Shown piece after piece: positions 9,901 to 18,810 of a DNA stretch of 27,877 nt. The notes below the pieces were generated by a model. The model had not been told where the DNA came from, searched no databases, and worked only from the letters and a program-made list of their open reading frames with translations. Every line of letters begins with the position of its first letter. Within the stretch, counting starts at the first letter, position 1. The stretch covers positions 1-27,877 of IMG/VR virus record IMGVR_UViG_3300037484_000428; one strand, written 5' to 3'. Origin of the DNA: a virus. Its lineage: Duplodnaviria > Caudoviricetes. The position numbers were made by a program, and so were the translations under genes.

Positions 9901-10379
9901 TATCTTCCTCCCAGGGCCATTGCATAGTCGACTGCCAGTGAAGAGAGGAAGGAGTCTATCTCCTCTTCTAGGGCAGACTGGAGATACTTAGCTCGAGTCG
10001 GTGGTTCGTGGTTGAGCCACACATACTCGTGTACTAGAGCTGCGTACCACGCCTCCGAGTTACCGTAGGTAATTGAACCTTCAGGCTCGTGCGCAGAGCC
10101 CATGGCACCAATAACTTCAAGTTCGCCAGAAGCTCTCAGAGCCCCCGTCTTCTGAGGTACATACTCCTGACTCTTATCGAAGACGGGTTCGAGCGCATTG
10201 CGAAGTACCTCAGGGGTAACCCCCTTGAGATGCTTGATTAGGTCGCTATAGTTCTTGATGACCTCAGCCATTGATTCCCTAGCCTCCATCATCGAACTCC
10301 GACGGAAATACGCTGGCGACCCAGCACGAGTACGGCCGGGGAGCCGAGGCTTAAAGTCAGCAATGAAGGCGCGGGTCAT
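9900..10379 (-). CDS. HK97 gp10-like tail completion protein
   Basis: SQEYVPQKTGALRASG, YAALVHE, AKYLQSAL. Confidence 0.8.
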   Translation of the reverse strand: MTRAFIADFKPRLPGRTRAGSPAYFRRSSMMEARESMAEVIKNYSDLIKHLKGVTPEVLRNALEPVFDKSQEYVPQKTGALRASGELEVIGAMGSAHEPEGSITYGNSEAWYAALVHEYVWLNHEPPTRAKYLQSALEEEIDSFLSSLAVDYAMALGGR

Positions 10380-10717
10380 TAGAGCACCGCCCTCCGGACT
10401 GCATCGAGGCTACGAAGGTCGGGAGTCTTGTCGTAGCGCTGGATCTTCAGCGCACCAGCGAGAGCTGTTGGATTCGCAGAAGCGACATTATTGCCCTGAC
10501 AAAGGTAATCGCCTACGGCAACATCTTGGTTCACGAGGACAACAGCTTTGCTGATCAATTCTCGGCGATCCAGAGTACCATAGAAGGTCTCCTGGCGATC
10601 CTCCCATCGCCCATCGATGAGAAGGGGAGTTGCAAAGGTGTCGCCACCAAAGCCATCTCCTCCAGTGACCCGCCACCAGGTGAGTTTGTGCGGGAGACGA
10701 CCGGTGAGGATACCCAT
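10379..10717 (-). CDS. Head closure / stopper protein
   Basis: 112 aa, DGFGG.TFATP..I.GRWED; synteny. Confidence 0.7.
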   Translation of the reverse strand: MGILTGRLPHKLTWWRVTGGDGFGGDTFATPLLIDGRWEDRQETFYGTLDRRELISKAVVLVNQDVAVGDYLCQGNNVASANPTALAGALKIQRYDKTPDLRSLDAVRRAVL

Positions 10718-10718
10718 A

Positions 10719-11135
10719 TCACGCCAGATCGGAATCCGAGCTTAAGTCAGGTGATCCGATCACAGTAAATTCGGCTTGACGCATCGGATTTGTCGCACTC
10801 GCCGACATAGCTGCGAGCTTCCCTGACTTGTCTAGGAGGAGAGCCTGTTGGCCGAAGCGAGTTGAGGAGAACCCGCCCTTGTAGATATCGTGGTACCGCT
10901 CAGCAGCTTCACCGATCTTGACAGAGGCTAATGGGCCCTTCTCCCACGACAGTGTTGCGAAGTGGGCCGAAAGGAAGAGCTCGATACTCTTGAGCGTAGC
11001 CTCCGACATCCCCTGTCCTACCAGGTTCTCGTCGACCAGAGTAGCGGAGACGGGGATAGCAGCAACGATCGCTGGAACCGCCTCATTCGGCAACCCCGCG
11101 ATGTCGCGTACTTCCGACTGCGCTACTCTAGCCAT
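10719..11135 (-). CDS. Head-tail adaptor protein
   Basis: IELFLSAHFA, STRFGQQALLLDKSGKL; synteny after the capsid gene. Confidence 0.75.
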   Translation of the reverse strand: MARVAQSEVRDIAGLPNEAVPAIVAAIPVSATLVDENLVGQGMSEATLKSIELFLSAHFATLSWEKGPLASVKIGEAAERYHDIYKGGFSSTRFGQQALLLDKSGKLAAMSASATNPMRQAEFTVIGSPDLSSDSDLA

Positions 11136-11147
11136 CGAGACTCCCGG

Positions 11148-11414
11148 TTACTTGACCGGAGGTTTCGCCGCTCCGGCCGCTGCAGTGAGCTTTGCCGCCG
11201 CCGCTTTCGCCGCAGCTGCTGCTGCTGTTACCGCGGCTACCGCCGAGTCGGGTACGTCGGGTTCGTCGTCTTCGACAACGGGGATGAACTTGTTCGGGAA
11301 CTTGGCGGCTTCGCTCGCCGTCATTTCGAGGGTTTCCCCTTGGACGAAAGTCTTCTCCGACCCGTCCGCTTGACGCTGGTGGTGCTTGCCTGCTGCGACC
11401 TTGAACTTTGCCAT
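11148..11414 (-). CDS. Small hypothetical protein following the major capsid gene
   Basis: 88 aa, RBS AGGAG, Ala/Lys low-complexity tail. Confidence 0.75.
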   Translation of the reverse strand: MAKFKVAAGKHHQRQADGSEKTFVQGETLEMTASEAAKFPNKFIPVVEDDEPDVPDSAVAAVTAAAAAAKAAAAKLTAAAGAAKPPVK

Positions 11415-11435
11415 GACTGATCTCCTGGAACGGTT

Positions 11436-11473
11436 ACAAAACGGTGGGAGGATCTTACGGTTCTCCCACCGTT
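11436..11473 (-). terminator. Probable intrinsic terminator after the major capsid gene
   Basis: 11-bp arms AACGGTGGGAG 11440-11450 / CTCCCACCGTT 11463-11473 ending in TTTTGT on the minus strand. Confidence 0.65.
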
Positions 11474-11505
11474 GCTTCGAGTACTACTTCTCGCGCGCTG
11501 GTGGC

Positions 11506-12498
11506 TTACGTGTAGTGCACCACTCCGCTCTGGCCCGACTGGTCGGCCTTGATCCGAGGCGCGCCGATCATCATGACCTTGAAGTGGATCATCATGCCGC
11601 CGTGCGACTCCCACATCACGGTCGTGGGCTGCAAGCCGTCCAGCCAGTCGACGACGTCCGTCGACATTTGCACCATCAGCACTTCCGCACCGGTGGCAAT
11701 CTGGGTTGTCGGCCGGATCGCTGCGATCTCCGGGATTTCCAGCAGGCGTGAGATGATCGACTTGTCGCTGGCCGCCTTGAAGTCGCCGAGCAGGCGAACG
11801 TAGGACGCGACGCTGACGTACACGACGTACGGACCGAACATGTTGTCGGCAACCTGCTTGGCAATCATCGCCATCAGGTCGGCGAGAATCACCTCGCCGG
11901 TGGTCGTGCCGAGATCCCAGTCCGTCGTGGTCGAGCCCGTGTTGCGCGACGGGTGGTTCTTGTAGCCGTAGATCGTTCCGCCACCGGCTACGACGCTGGC
12001 GCCGTTGAACAGCATGCCCTCCGCGGAGTCCGCGACTTTCCTGGCCGCGATTCCCGCCATCGTGGTGTCGACTGGTTGACCCATCCGACGCCCCGACTCG
12101 AGGTTCCGCAAGGACAACTGAAAGTCCTTGTGGATGATCGGCAGTGGCGTGTTCACCTGGCTGAACAGCACCCGGTCACGCTCGCCTTCCGGCAGACCCG
12201 TCATGTTGATATCGGCTGCCGTCATGTCGCTCGACGTCTCGTGTTGGACGACCGTAGTGCCCATCGCGTTTGCGATCGGCATACGGAGGTTGCGAGACAT
12301 CAGATCGCCAACGGCAACGAGCCTCGGTCTGGCGATCTCGATCACGGTGCGATCGAACAGCAGCCACTCCTCCTTGCGGAGTACATCGTTGGTGCGGAGA
12401 GCGTTGATGTTGAGCCCATTCGCCATCAGTCTCGCGGCGACGGAGCCCGGTGCGTACTGACCGCCATGCACCAGTCCTTCGACTTGGTTCGGATTCAT
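11506..12498 (-). CDS. Major capsid protein (HK97 fold, linocin/encapsulin-like)
   Basis: 330 aa; LRKEEW..FD..V, PLPIIHKDF.L..R.L, AARKVA...E..LFNG, IYGY.NHP; strong RBS; strongly C/G-ending codons; synteny. Confidence 0.9.
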   Translation of the reverse strand: MNPNQVEGLVHGGQYAPGSVAARLMANGLNINALRTNDVLRKEEWLLFDRTVIEIARPRLVAVGDLMSRNLRMPIANAMGTTVVQHETSSDMTAADINMTGLPEGERDRVLFSQVNTPLPIIHKDFQLSLRNLESGRRMGQPVDTTMAGIAARKVADSAEGMLFNGASVVAGGGTIYGYKNHPSRNTGSTTTDWDLGTTTGEVILADLMAMIAKQVADNMFGPYVVYVSVASYVRLLGDFKAASDKSIISRLLEIPEIAAIRPTTQIATGAEVLMVQMSTDVVDWLDGLQPTTVMWESHGGMMIHFKVMMIGAPRIKADQSGQSGVVHYT

Positions 12499-12535
12499 GA
12501 GGTTCCTTTCCTTCCTTTCCTGGTTGAACTGGGAC

Positions 12536-12982
12536 CTAGACGGTCTCGACTTTGATGCGGACCACCGTACCTCCGGCGGAGTTGTCCACGGCTTCGAGCG
12601 CGCGCGCCACGACTCGGCGCAGATTGCCCACGGTTACCGCGCCGGCAGTGACTTTCTTCAGCGTGCCGTCGCCGTTGCTCACCAGCTCATCGCCGATGAC
12701 GACTGCCAGAGCGTTCGCGGGGAGCAGTGCGTTGATCTCTCCGCCGGCCAACGGAATGACGGCCTGGACTTGCTCGGTCGCCACATAGGCGGACGAGAGA
12801 TCCTTGCCGACGAAGTCCTTCTCGAGGGCGAACATCGGATACGCGTTGCCTTCCGCTACTGCGTGTACCGCGAACTGGTTGGACGTGTTACGGAAGATCA
12901 GGTGTCCCGGGGTGATCCCGGCGGCAGCTGCGGCTTCCTTGACTTGGCCTTCGCCCTTCAGCCAGATGGTATTGCGTGCCAT
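12536..12982 (-). CDS. Capsid decoration / cement protein
   Basis: 148 aa between scaffold and capsid; ITPGHL, GDELVSNGDGTLKK, ALEAVDNS. Confidence 0.75.
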   Translation of the reverse strand: MARNTIWLKGEGQVKEAAAAAGITPGHLIFRNTSNQFAVHAVAEGNAYPMFALEKDFVGKDLSSAYVATEQVQAVIPLAGGEINALLPANALAVVIGDELVSNGDGTLKKVTAGAVTVGNLRRVVARALEAVDNSAGGTVVRIKVETV

Positions 12983-13050
12983 GGTAGTGCCCTTTCAGGG
13001 TAGTTAATTGTGCGTCGACTATGTGACGACTGTACTGCGCCCCGTTGGGG

Positions 13051-14616
13051 CTACGCTGCCTGGCGCTGAGGCGCCTGTTGCTTGACTGGAGGCGTCAGGT
13101 TCTCCGCGAACATCGGAGTCGCTGGCGTGAAGTCCAGCTGACCTCCGCCATTGATTGCGGCCGCGGCGTTCGTGTTGACGGCTCCACCGGCGGCGCCGGA
13201 GAAATCGGCCGGAGGCGGAGCGACGTTCAGCTTTGCCGCCATCTTCTCCAGGTTGTCGAGCGAGAAGACCTTCAGCTCTTCCGCGGATAGACCGATCTTG
13301 CCTTCGAGCGCCTTGATCAGGGCCGCAGCGCGATCGGTGTTGCTCTTGATGATGCCCTGGAGCTGCTCCTTCACGGCTGGCTCGGCCATCTCCATCAGCT
13401 CCTGGAGGTTCTTGGCCTTCTTCACCTCGGCGTTCACTTGTGGCTCCGCCGCAGGCTGGGCAGTTGGTTGTGCAGCTGGTTGCACTGGTTGCACTGCGGG
13501 TTGTGCCGCAGGGACTTGGGGTTGCGCTGCGTTCGCGGCGGGTTGCGCTGCCGCTCCGTTCGGATTGCTGGTGCTCATGGCTGGGTCTCCTGCGTTGGTG
13601 GTGGGTTGAGCGACTGCGATGACGAGTGGAACGTATTTCGTCTCGGGCCTGACTTCAGTGACGTCGGCGCTGAGCGAGATTGCACCGCCCTCCGCCACCG
13701 AATAGGTACGTTGGTAGGTGTGCCATTCCCATGTGTCCATGTTGAGATGGGCATACACTAGATTCTGTGCGAATACTGCAAGGATCATACAGAAGCCAGT
13801 GTCGGTGTAGGCCGCTCCGAGTGCCGCTTCCAGGGCTGTACGGCGATCGGTGTCGGAGAGCTCGTTGGTTTGGAGACCTGCCGACGTAAAGAAGTTCTTC
13901 AAGGCTTTGAGTGTACTGTCCTTGATCTCCTTCACACACTTGTCGCAGTTGAGCGGGGCTGCTGTGGTTACTACTGCAGCTGCGACTTGCGGAGAGGGCG
14001 ACATGGGGGTATCCTTCGAGTACGAGAACGAGAGGTTGTTCCTGGGAGCTCCGCAGCCATCTTCAATGCTACACGCGCCAACGGAACCCATCGGGAGTAG
14101 TGCGAGGTGGTCCGGCACGATGTTACGCCAGATCGACTTGTACTGCTTGCCTTCGAAGTCGCCCTCGACGTGTTCTTCCAGGGCGTATAAACCGGTGGAT
14201 ACTTCGACTGACTCGCCTCTCTCGAGGGCTTCGAGCTCAGCCTTGGGAGCTTTCTCTTTGTCCAACCACATGTACGTTCGAAGCTTCTTCTTCCCCTTCA
14301 TACCCGAACCGAAGAGGTGGCCAATGACCTGGTCTTCCCAGACCTGAGGACTGTTGGCTGAAGTTGGTTCCCCGTTAGCTTGAGGATGACCGTAAACTAC
14401 CGGACGACCATCCCAGCCCTGCGGGAATATCCCGAATTCACTCGCTAATGCGAGTGCTGGATTGGGAGCGTTGCTTGAGTGAAGAACACCTTCGACGAGC
14501 ATGACCGTAGGTACAACTAGGTGGTCACGACCGTTCCACTTCTTCACCTGTAGCTCATCGCTTGACGCCTGAGCCCGTATGAAGATGTGCGCTGTACCTC
14601 TGACAGGACTTCCCAT
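13051..14616 (-). CDS. Prohead protease / scaffold (DUF2213-like)
   Basis: EGVL, WDGRPVVYGHP, EVSTG, NIVPDHLALLP...GACS..DGCG; Ala/Gln/Pro linker and helical C-terminus. Confidence 0.85.
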   Translation of the reverse strand: MGSPVRGTAHIFIRAQASSDELQVKKWNGRDHLVVPTVMLVEGVLHSSNAPNPALALASEFGIFPQGWDGRPVVYGHPQANGEPTSANSPQVWEDQVIGHLFGSGMKGKKKLRTYMWLDKEKAPKAELEALERGESVEVSTGLYALEEHVEGDFEGKQYKSIWRNIVPDHLALLPMGSVGACSIEDGCGAPRNNLSFSYSKDTPMSPSPQVAAAVVTTAAPLNCDKCVKEIKDSTLKALKNFFTSAGLQTNELSDTDRRTALEAALGAAYTDTGFCMILAVFAQNLVYAHLNMDTWEWHTYQRTYSVAEGGAISLSADVTEVRPETKYVPLVIAVAQPTTNAGDPAMSTSNPNGAAAQPAANAAQPQVPAAQPAVQPVQPAAQPTAQPAAEPQVNAEVKKAKNLQELMEMAEPAVKEQLQGIIKSNTDRAAALIKALEGKIGLSAEELKVFSLDNLEKMAAKLNVAPPPADFSGAAGGAVNTNAAAAINGGGQLDFTPATPMFAENLTPPVKQQAPQRQAA

Positions 14617-14677
14617 ATCTCCATTATATAGGACTCTTAGAAAAGAGTCACCAGGAATTTAATGGTCTTTTAATGGT
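14617..14677 (-). promoter_or_regulatory. Sigma70-like promoter for the capsid operon, predicted leaderless
   Basis: GTGACT(14651-14646)-17 bp-TATAAT(14628-14623)-6 nt-ATG; upstream ATTCCTG and tandem ACCATTAAA repeats; palindrome GACTCTT-N4-AAGAGTC at 14632-14649. Confidence 0.7.
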
Positions 14678-15126
14678 TATGCTGCATGACCCGGAGGTAC
14701 TCCACTCGATCCAACAAAGCCGTGCCAATTGCATTGATGCTCAGGCGGCATACCCTCGTCCTGTTCCTGGATGGACGGCGCTAGTTGCAGATCGTCAATC
14801 GTCGTGCCTCCTACCACTTTCCAACGTACTTCCTTCCCGTCTTTGTTATGCCCAGCGTACGGCGAGCCCTTGAAGAAGATGTAGACAGAGTGTGTACCCT
14901 TCGGTCCGTTATTCTTGGCGAACGACTTAGGACAAAGGAACCTGACACCGTGGGCTTCCGCGACCGTGTTCACGTGGTGGAATACGATCCGCTCCGGCGT
15001 CGGCGACCACATACCAATGGAGCCGTCGGTATCACGGAAGACGTAGAGACCTTTCTCGTCCTTCTCCTGGGATACTTCCTTTTCGCACCGCACGAGTTGG
15101 CCCTCTAATTCTGCCAGTCGCGCCAT
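14677..15126 (-). CDS. Hypothetical protein (DUF6527-like, Cys/His motifs)
   Basis: FLCPKS..HSV..RW...G...DL.L.PSI..CNWHGFV. Confidence 0.6.
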   Translation of the reverse strand: MARLAELEGQLVRCEKEVSQEKDEKGLYVFRDTDGSIGMWSPTPERIVFHHVNTVAEAHGVRFLCPKSFAKNNGPKGTHSVYIFFKGSPYAGHNKDGKEVRWKVVGGTTIDDLQLAPSIQEQDEGMPPEHQCNWHGFVGSSGVPPGHAA

Positions 15127-15171
15127 AGTGGCCCTGGAATCAAGCTGCAGGCCTTAGTCTTGGACGCCTGC

Positions 15172-15468
15172 TTAACAATCCGCCCGAACACGAAGATCAC
15201 CCTTGAGCTCTTTCTTGAGACCTGTTGAGCAGGTGGCAAGACAGTGGATGCAGTACAAGACCCCTTCTACTCCTCCGATGAGCTTGACTGAAACGAATGC
15301 CCCTGCTATGGTCGGAGACCCAGCAATCATCGCACTTGGGTTTGCATCTACTCCGCTAATCACATCGATCGTGATGAGTGCCGACGTGATTGTCTCACCT
15401 GTCGCAAGGAGATCGGTGAAGTCGAAGGCAAAGGAGTCTTCCTCTTGCAGGGTTTTAGGATCAAACAT
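15172..15468 (-). CDS. Putative fibre adaptor / small virion protein
   Basis: PK...E...FAFDFTDLLATGETITSA..., GGVEGVLY.I.C...STG; follows fibre-like genes. Confidence 0.65.
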   Translation of the reverse strand: MFDPKTLQEEDSFAFDFTDLLATGETITSALITIDVISGVDANPSAMIAGSPTIAGAFVSVKLIGGVEGVLYCIHCLATCSTGLKKELKGDLRVRADC

Positions 15469-16728
15469 TTAAGGCCTCCTTACGGTTCGTTCTTTAGATC
15501 CGGTAACTACACGAATTGGGTCTCCATCAACTATTCTCTCACGTCTGCCTCCTCTGAGCACATTACTGATGCTAGCTGGCGGAGACGGAGGCTGTTGGAG
15601 GGCGACTATGATATCACGAGCCTCCGTGACATTTACGGTACCCTTGACTGTACCCTTAACAGAAATTGTGCTAGTATCTGGCGACTCGACTCTGTCTGTG
15701 GAGCCAAGGATACGAATCTTACCTGCTATGGCAGGGGAATCATTGACTTCTGTCCGGGCAACTAAGCCAACATAGCGGAGCTTACCACTAGCACTCAAGA
15801 GGTCTGGACTATTAGTTTTAGCTAAGGTGCCATGAGCAATAATCTTCGCCGTAGTTGCACTTAGATCATTACCTCCCGTGATATTGACTGTGGCTCGATT
15901 ACGGACTTTGCCGGAGGACGCCAGCGAATCGTGAGGCTCAGTAAGAGAGACAGTGCCAATTGCACGGGTCTTACCGCTGGCAGCTGAGGTATCATGGGCT
16001 TCCGCTTTAGCTACTGTACCTGAAATGACTGAGCCGAATGTCCCCGAGGCCACTATTATATCAGCGGCATTGGTCTGGGTTAGTGAGCCCTTGACTATGA
16101 CCTTACCCGCGATTGATCTATTATCAACTGTCTCGGAGCGACTGAGAGAACCGACTACTCGGATTTTGGCTGTTACATTGCTGATATCAGAGAGATTGGT
16201 ACGAGCAATAGTACCCGTGACTCGTACCTTACCTGAAGAATTGGGGGTGTCTTGAGCCTCTGTTCGGGCTAACGTTGCTACCCAACGCACCTTGCCAGCG
16301 ATTGTACTCGAATCGTTAGTATTGGTACGAGCAAGAGTACCGAGAACTCTAATCTTTGCAGTAACCGTAGAAGTGTCGGACGTCTCAGCTTGGGCCACCG
16401 TACCTGAGATCGGGCCAGATACGACGTTTCCTGATATGGAGGGAGTGTCAACACTTTCCGACCGAACTACGGTACCTCTCGTGGCTACCTTACCTGAAGC
16501 TGAGCTGGAATCACCTGCGTTTGTTAGTGCAACCGTGCCCGAGGCTCGGACCTTAGCTGTGACTACCGAAGTATCGTTTGTATTAGCTTGGGCTAGAGTA
16601 CCCCGGTTGTTGATCTTACCTGATGCAGATTGGGTGTCGTTCGCGTTTGTTCGCGCAAGAGTCCCTGTAATACTTCCATCAGGCGCATCTAAGTCCTCAT
16701 CGAACCAGTGCTGGATGATCAAGCTCAC
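15469..16728 (-). CDS. Repetitive fibre-like protein (17 repeats of ~21 aa)
   Basis: Tandem G-T-[LV]-A-x-T-[NE]-x-x-D-x-S-x-x-x-[GA]-K-[VI]-R repeats; Ser/Thr/Ala/Val rich. Confidence 0.85.
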   Translation of the reverse strand: MSLIIQHWFDEDLDAPDGSITGTLARTNANDTQSASGKINNRGTLAQANTNDTSVVTAKVRASGTVALTNAGDSSSASGKVATRGTVVRSESVDTPSISGNVVSGPISGTVAQAETSDTSTVTAKIRVLGTLARTNTNDSSTIAGKVRWVATLARTEAQDTPNSSGKVRVTGTIARTNLSDISNVTAKIRVVGSLSRSETVDNRSIAGKVIVKGSLTQTNAADIIVASGTFGSVISGTVAKAEAHDTSAASGKTRAIGTVSLTEPHDSLASSGKVRNRATVNITGGNDLSATTAKIIAHGTLAKTNSPDLLSASGKLRYVGLVARTEVNDSPAIAGKIRILGSTDRVESPDTSTISVKGTVKGTVNVTEARDIIVALQQPPSPPASISNVLRGGRRERIVDGDPIRVVTGSKERTVRRP

Positions 16729-16735
16729 ACGCGCC

Positions 16736-17527
16736 TCACGCCGGTTCTGGCATCAAGTCTTCACGCCACCAGTTGCGCACGTCGAGTTCGTTGAAGCGCC
16801 CCTCATCCTCGGCGTCGGCCATCTGCTGCAAGTTAAAGCCGTGTGAACGTTCAGTAGGGGCGTTGGCACCGGGCGGTGGCAGTCCTGCTTCGTAATAGCT
16901 AGCCACCAACGCTATCCATTGCATGCTCGCGTCAATCGTCGCGTCACCGACATAGGTCCCTGTTCCAGTCACAAAACGTTCTTCGAACGCTGAACGCGAA
17001 TTCGTGTCTTGCCCACGAATCGTCCAACTGGTCCCAGCAGTCCATGTCGGGTTTGCACCGTTCCCAGAAAACATCGCAAACAGAAGTTCGTCCGCAACGG
17101 TTGTGGTGATGTTTCCGCTTGAGGCTGCTGTTCCTGTTCCAGTGCCAGAGTTGACTTGATCTAGCGCGAGTCCGCCAGAAGCTGTGTATTCCATTCCGCA
17201 CACAGTGCGTCGATTGGCACCTTGACCGGCGTGCGAATACGTCACCGTGCAAGCACCGCCAGTCGTCAGATTCTTCCCGGTATAGATGTAGTCGCGGTAC
17301 TCGTCTACCAACGTCTGAGTGAGGTCTTTGTCATAAGAGTTGCTGAGGCCATCCGTCAATGTGGCGTCGTCAGCAAGAGTGCCCGCACCCACGTTGGCCG
17401 AGGACGCCCCGACTGCAATAGCATTGCCAACAACCACGTCCTGCGGGAACGTCATCCCGATTGACGTGCCGCTCGTCGTGAAGGCGAATTGGTCGGTTTG
17501 CCCGGCGACGCGCGCTGGAATGGTCAT
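16736..17527 (-). CDS. Hypothetical beta-rich virion / fibre-associated protein
   Basis: 263 aa, Thr/Gly/Ala-rich (ASSGNITTTVADELLFA); overlaps the upstream stop (ATGA). Confidence 0.75.
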   Translation of the reverse strand: MTIPARVAGQTDQFAFTTSGTSIGMTFPQDVVVGNAIAVGASSANVGAGTLADDATLTDGLSNSYDKDLTQTLVDEYRDYIYTGKNLTTGGACTVTYSHAGQGANRRTVCGMEYTASGGLALDQVNSGTGTGTAASSGNITTTVADELLFAMFSGNGANPTWTAGTSWTIRGQDTNSRSAFEERFVTGTGTYVGDATIDASMQWIALVASYYEAGLPPPGANAPTERSHGFNLQQMADAEDEGRFNELDVRNWWREDLMPEPA

Positions 17528-17898
17528 ACGGCCACCACGTCAACCTCGGACGCAAGTGGCCCGTTAAGCACCTCAACGTCGAGACGCAGCTCCCGATTCG
17601 TACCGGGGAGCAAGGAGAACCCGAAGGTTGACTCTGGAACCTCGACACCATGATCGAGATGGATGCCGCCATTCGTTTCCCAAAACCCACGCTGTTTCCA
17701 AGTCACGCCACCGTCGAGGGTGAGCCAAGGCGTCACGCGCAGGATTGTGGCGGCGTTAGCCCAAAACAAAGGCGTCGCAGTGGTGCAGTATCTGAGCGTG
17801 AGCAGCAGCATTGTCAACGTGTCTGGCACGTTGTCACGTGAAAGCTGGCGCTGCCCCGAGGGGATCGACACTGCGCGACCTTGGACAATGATCGCCAT
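17524..17898 (-). CDS. Hypothetical protein
   Basis: 124 aa, co-oriented and coupled to the next gene. Confidence 0.65.
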   Translation of the reverse strand: MAIIVQGRAVSIPSGQRQLSRDNVPDTLTMLLLTLRYCTTATPLFWANAATILRVTPWLTLDGGVTWKQRGFWETNGGIHLDHGVEVPESTFGFSLLPGTNRELRLDVEVLNGPLASEVDVVAV

Positions 17899-17941
17899 GG
17901 TTATCTACGCCGATTCTCGATCAGGCATCTGAGCCAACGGA

Positions 17942-18286
17942 TTAAGGTCCAACCGTCAGACCCGTAGGGGCGGCAGGGGCGGTAAAAGGGACGAGACGGT
18001 CAGCGGTATTGCTGTACGCGCTGAACGTTCCCCCCGGTCCCGATGCCCTCACGCGGTAGCAGTACGTCACGCCTTCGGTGACGGCCAGGTCGACGTAAGT
18101 CGTGACGTTCGCGCCCACCGTGGCGATTTCGGAGAAGCTACTGATGGCTGTGCAGGCTCCGACCTTGCGCTCGATGTTGAAGGCGGTTTCGTTGTCCGAT
18201 GCATCCGCCCACAAGAGCGTGTTCTGACCGGCAAGCACCGGCAGGGCGAAAAGAGCAAAAGTAAAAACTAGTGCAATGCGTTTCAT
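17942..18286 (-). CDS. Signal-peptide-bearing fibronectin type III domain protein
   Basis: MKRIALVFTFALFALPVLA signal-like N-terminus, then LLWADASDNETAFNIERK..IATVGANVTTYVD..YCYRVRA..SAYSN. Confidence 0.82.
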   Translation of the reverse strand: MKRIALVFTFALFALPVLAGQNTLLWADASDNETAFNIERKVGACTAISSFSEIATVGANVTTYVDLAVTEGVTYCYRVRASGPGGTFSAYSNTADRLVPFTAPAAPTGLTVGP

Positions 18287-18810
18287 CGGTGAATCTCCAC
18301 AGTGAGTTGTTTAAGTTCTTCCACGCTCTGCGCGGCGTCGATGCGCGGATCAGCGGGAGCGTCGCGCCACTTCTGGCGCTCGGCTTCAACGGTGTCCTGC
18401 TCCGCCTTCTTGCCCTGCCCAAGTGCGCGCATGAACTCACCGTCGAGTTGCGCCATCGCTGGCGCACGCATTTTCCGAATGAGCGTGCGATGCCACTCTC
18501 GCGCCTTGCCAATGTCGTGAACAACTCGCTTGCCGTCATCAGTCCACGCAGGGCGATAGGCGCGGTCGCTCGGCAAATCGCCAGGCTCCACACGCCGCCA
18601 GCTAACCGGGCGGTTGCCAGCCGTGAACAGCTTGTTAATCTCGTCCTCGATGACCGAGGGAACGGGATCGCGGAGCCACCAACCCGGCTCTTTGAGCCAC
18701 ACAGCCCCGCTTGGCAGTACATCCCCTCGTGCAACCACAGCAAGATTCATGATCTGCACGCTGTCGTCGGGCATCGTCATTGCGATCAACACAGAGCGGT
18801 TCAGGTTCAT
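18283..18810 (-). CDS. Tail-fibre-assembly-like chaperone
   Basis: DLPSDRAYRPAW, DIGKARE, R..RAP....LD.EFMRAL, Q.WRDAPADPRIDAA.SVEELK. Start placed at ATG 18810 (TGATG overlap). Confidence 0.72.
   Translation of the reverse strand: MNLNRSVLIAMTMPDDSVQIMNLAVVARGDVLPSGAVWLKEPGWWLRDPVPSVIEDEINKLFTAGNRPVSWRRVEPGDLPSDRAYRPAWTDDGKRVVHDIGKAREWHRTLIRKMRAPAMAQLDGEFMRALGQGKKAEQDTVEAERQKWRDAPADPRIDAAQSVEELKQLTVEIHR

Noticed and set aside
11506-12498. Encapsulin or bacteriocin system
   Set aside because: Context with terminase, portal, protease and tail genes identifies it as the phage capsid.
13430-13560. AQP-rich short repeats in the scaffold gene
   Set aside because: Ordinary low-complexity linker.
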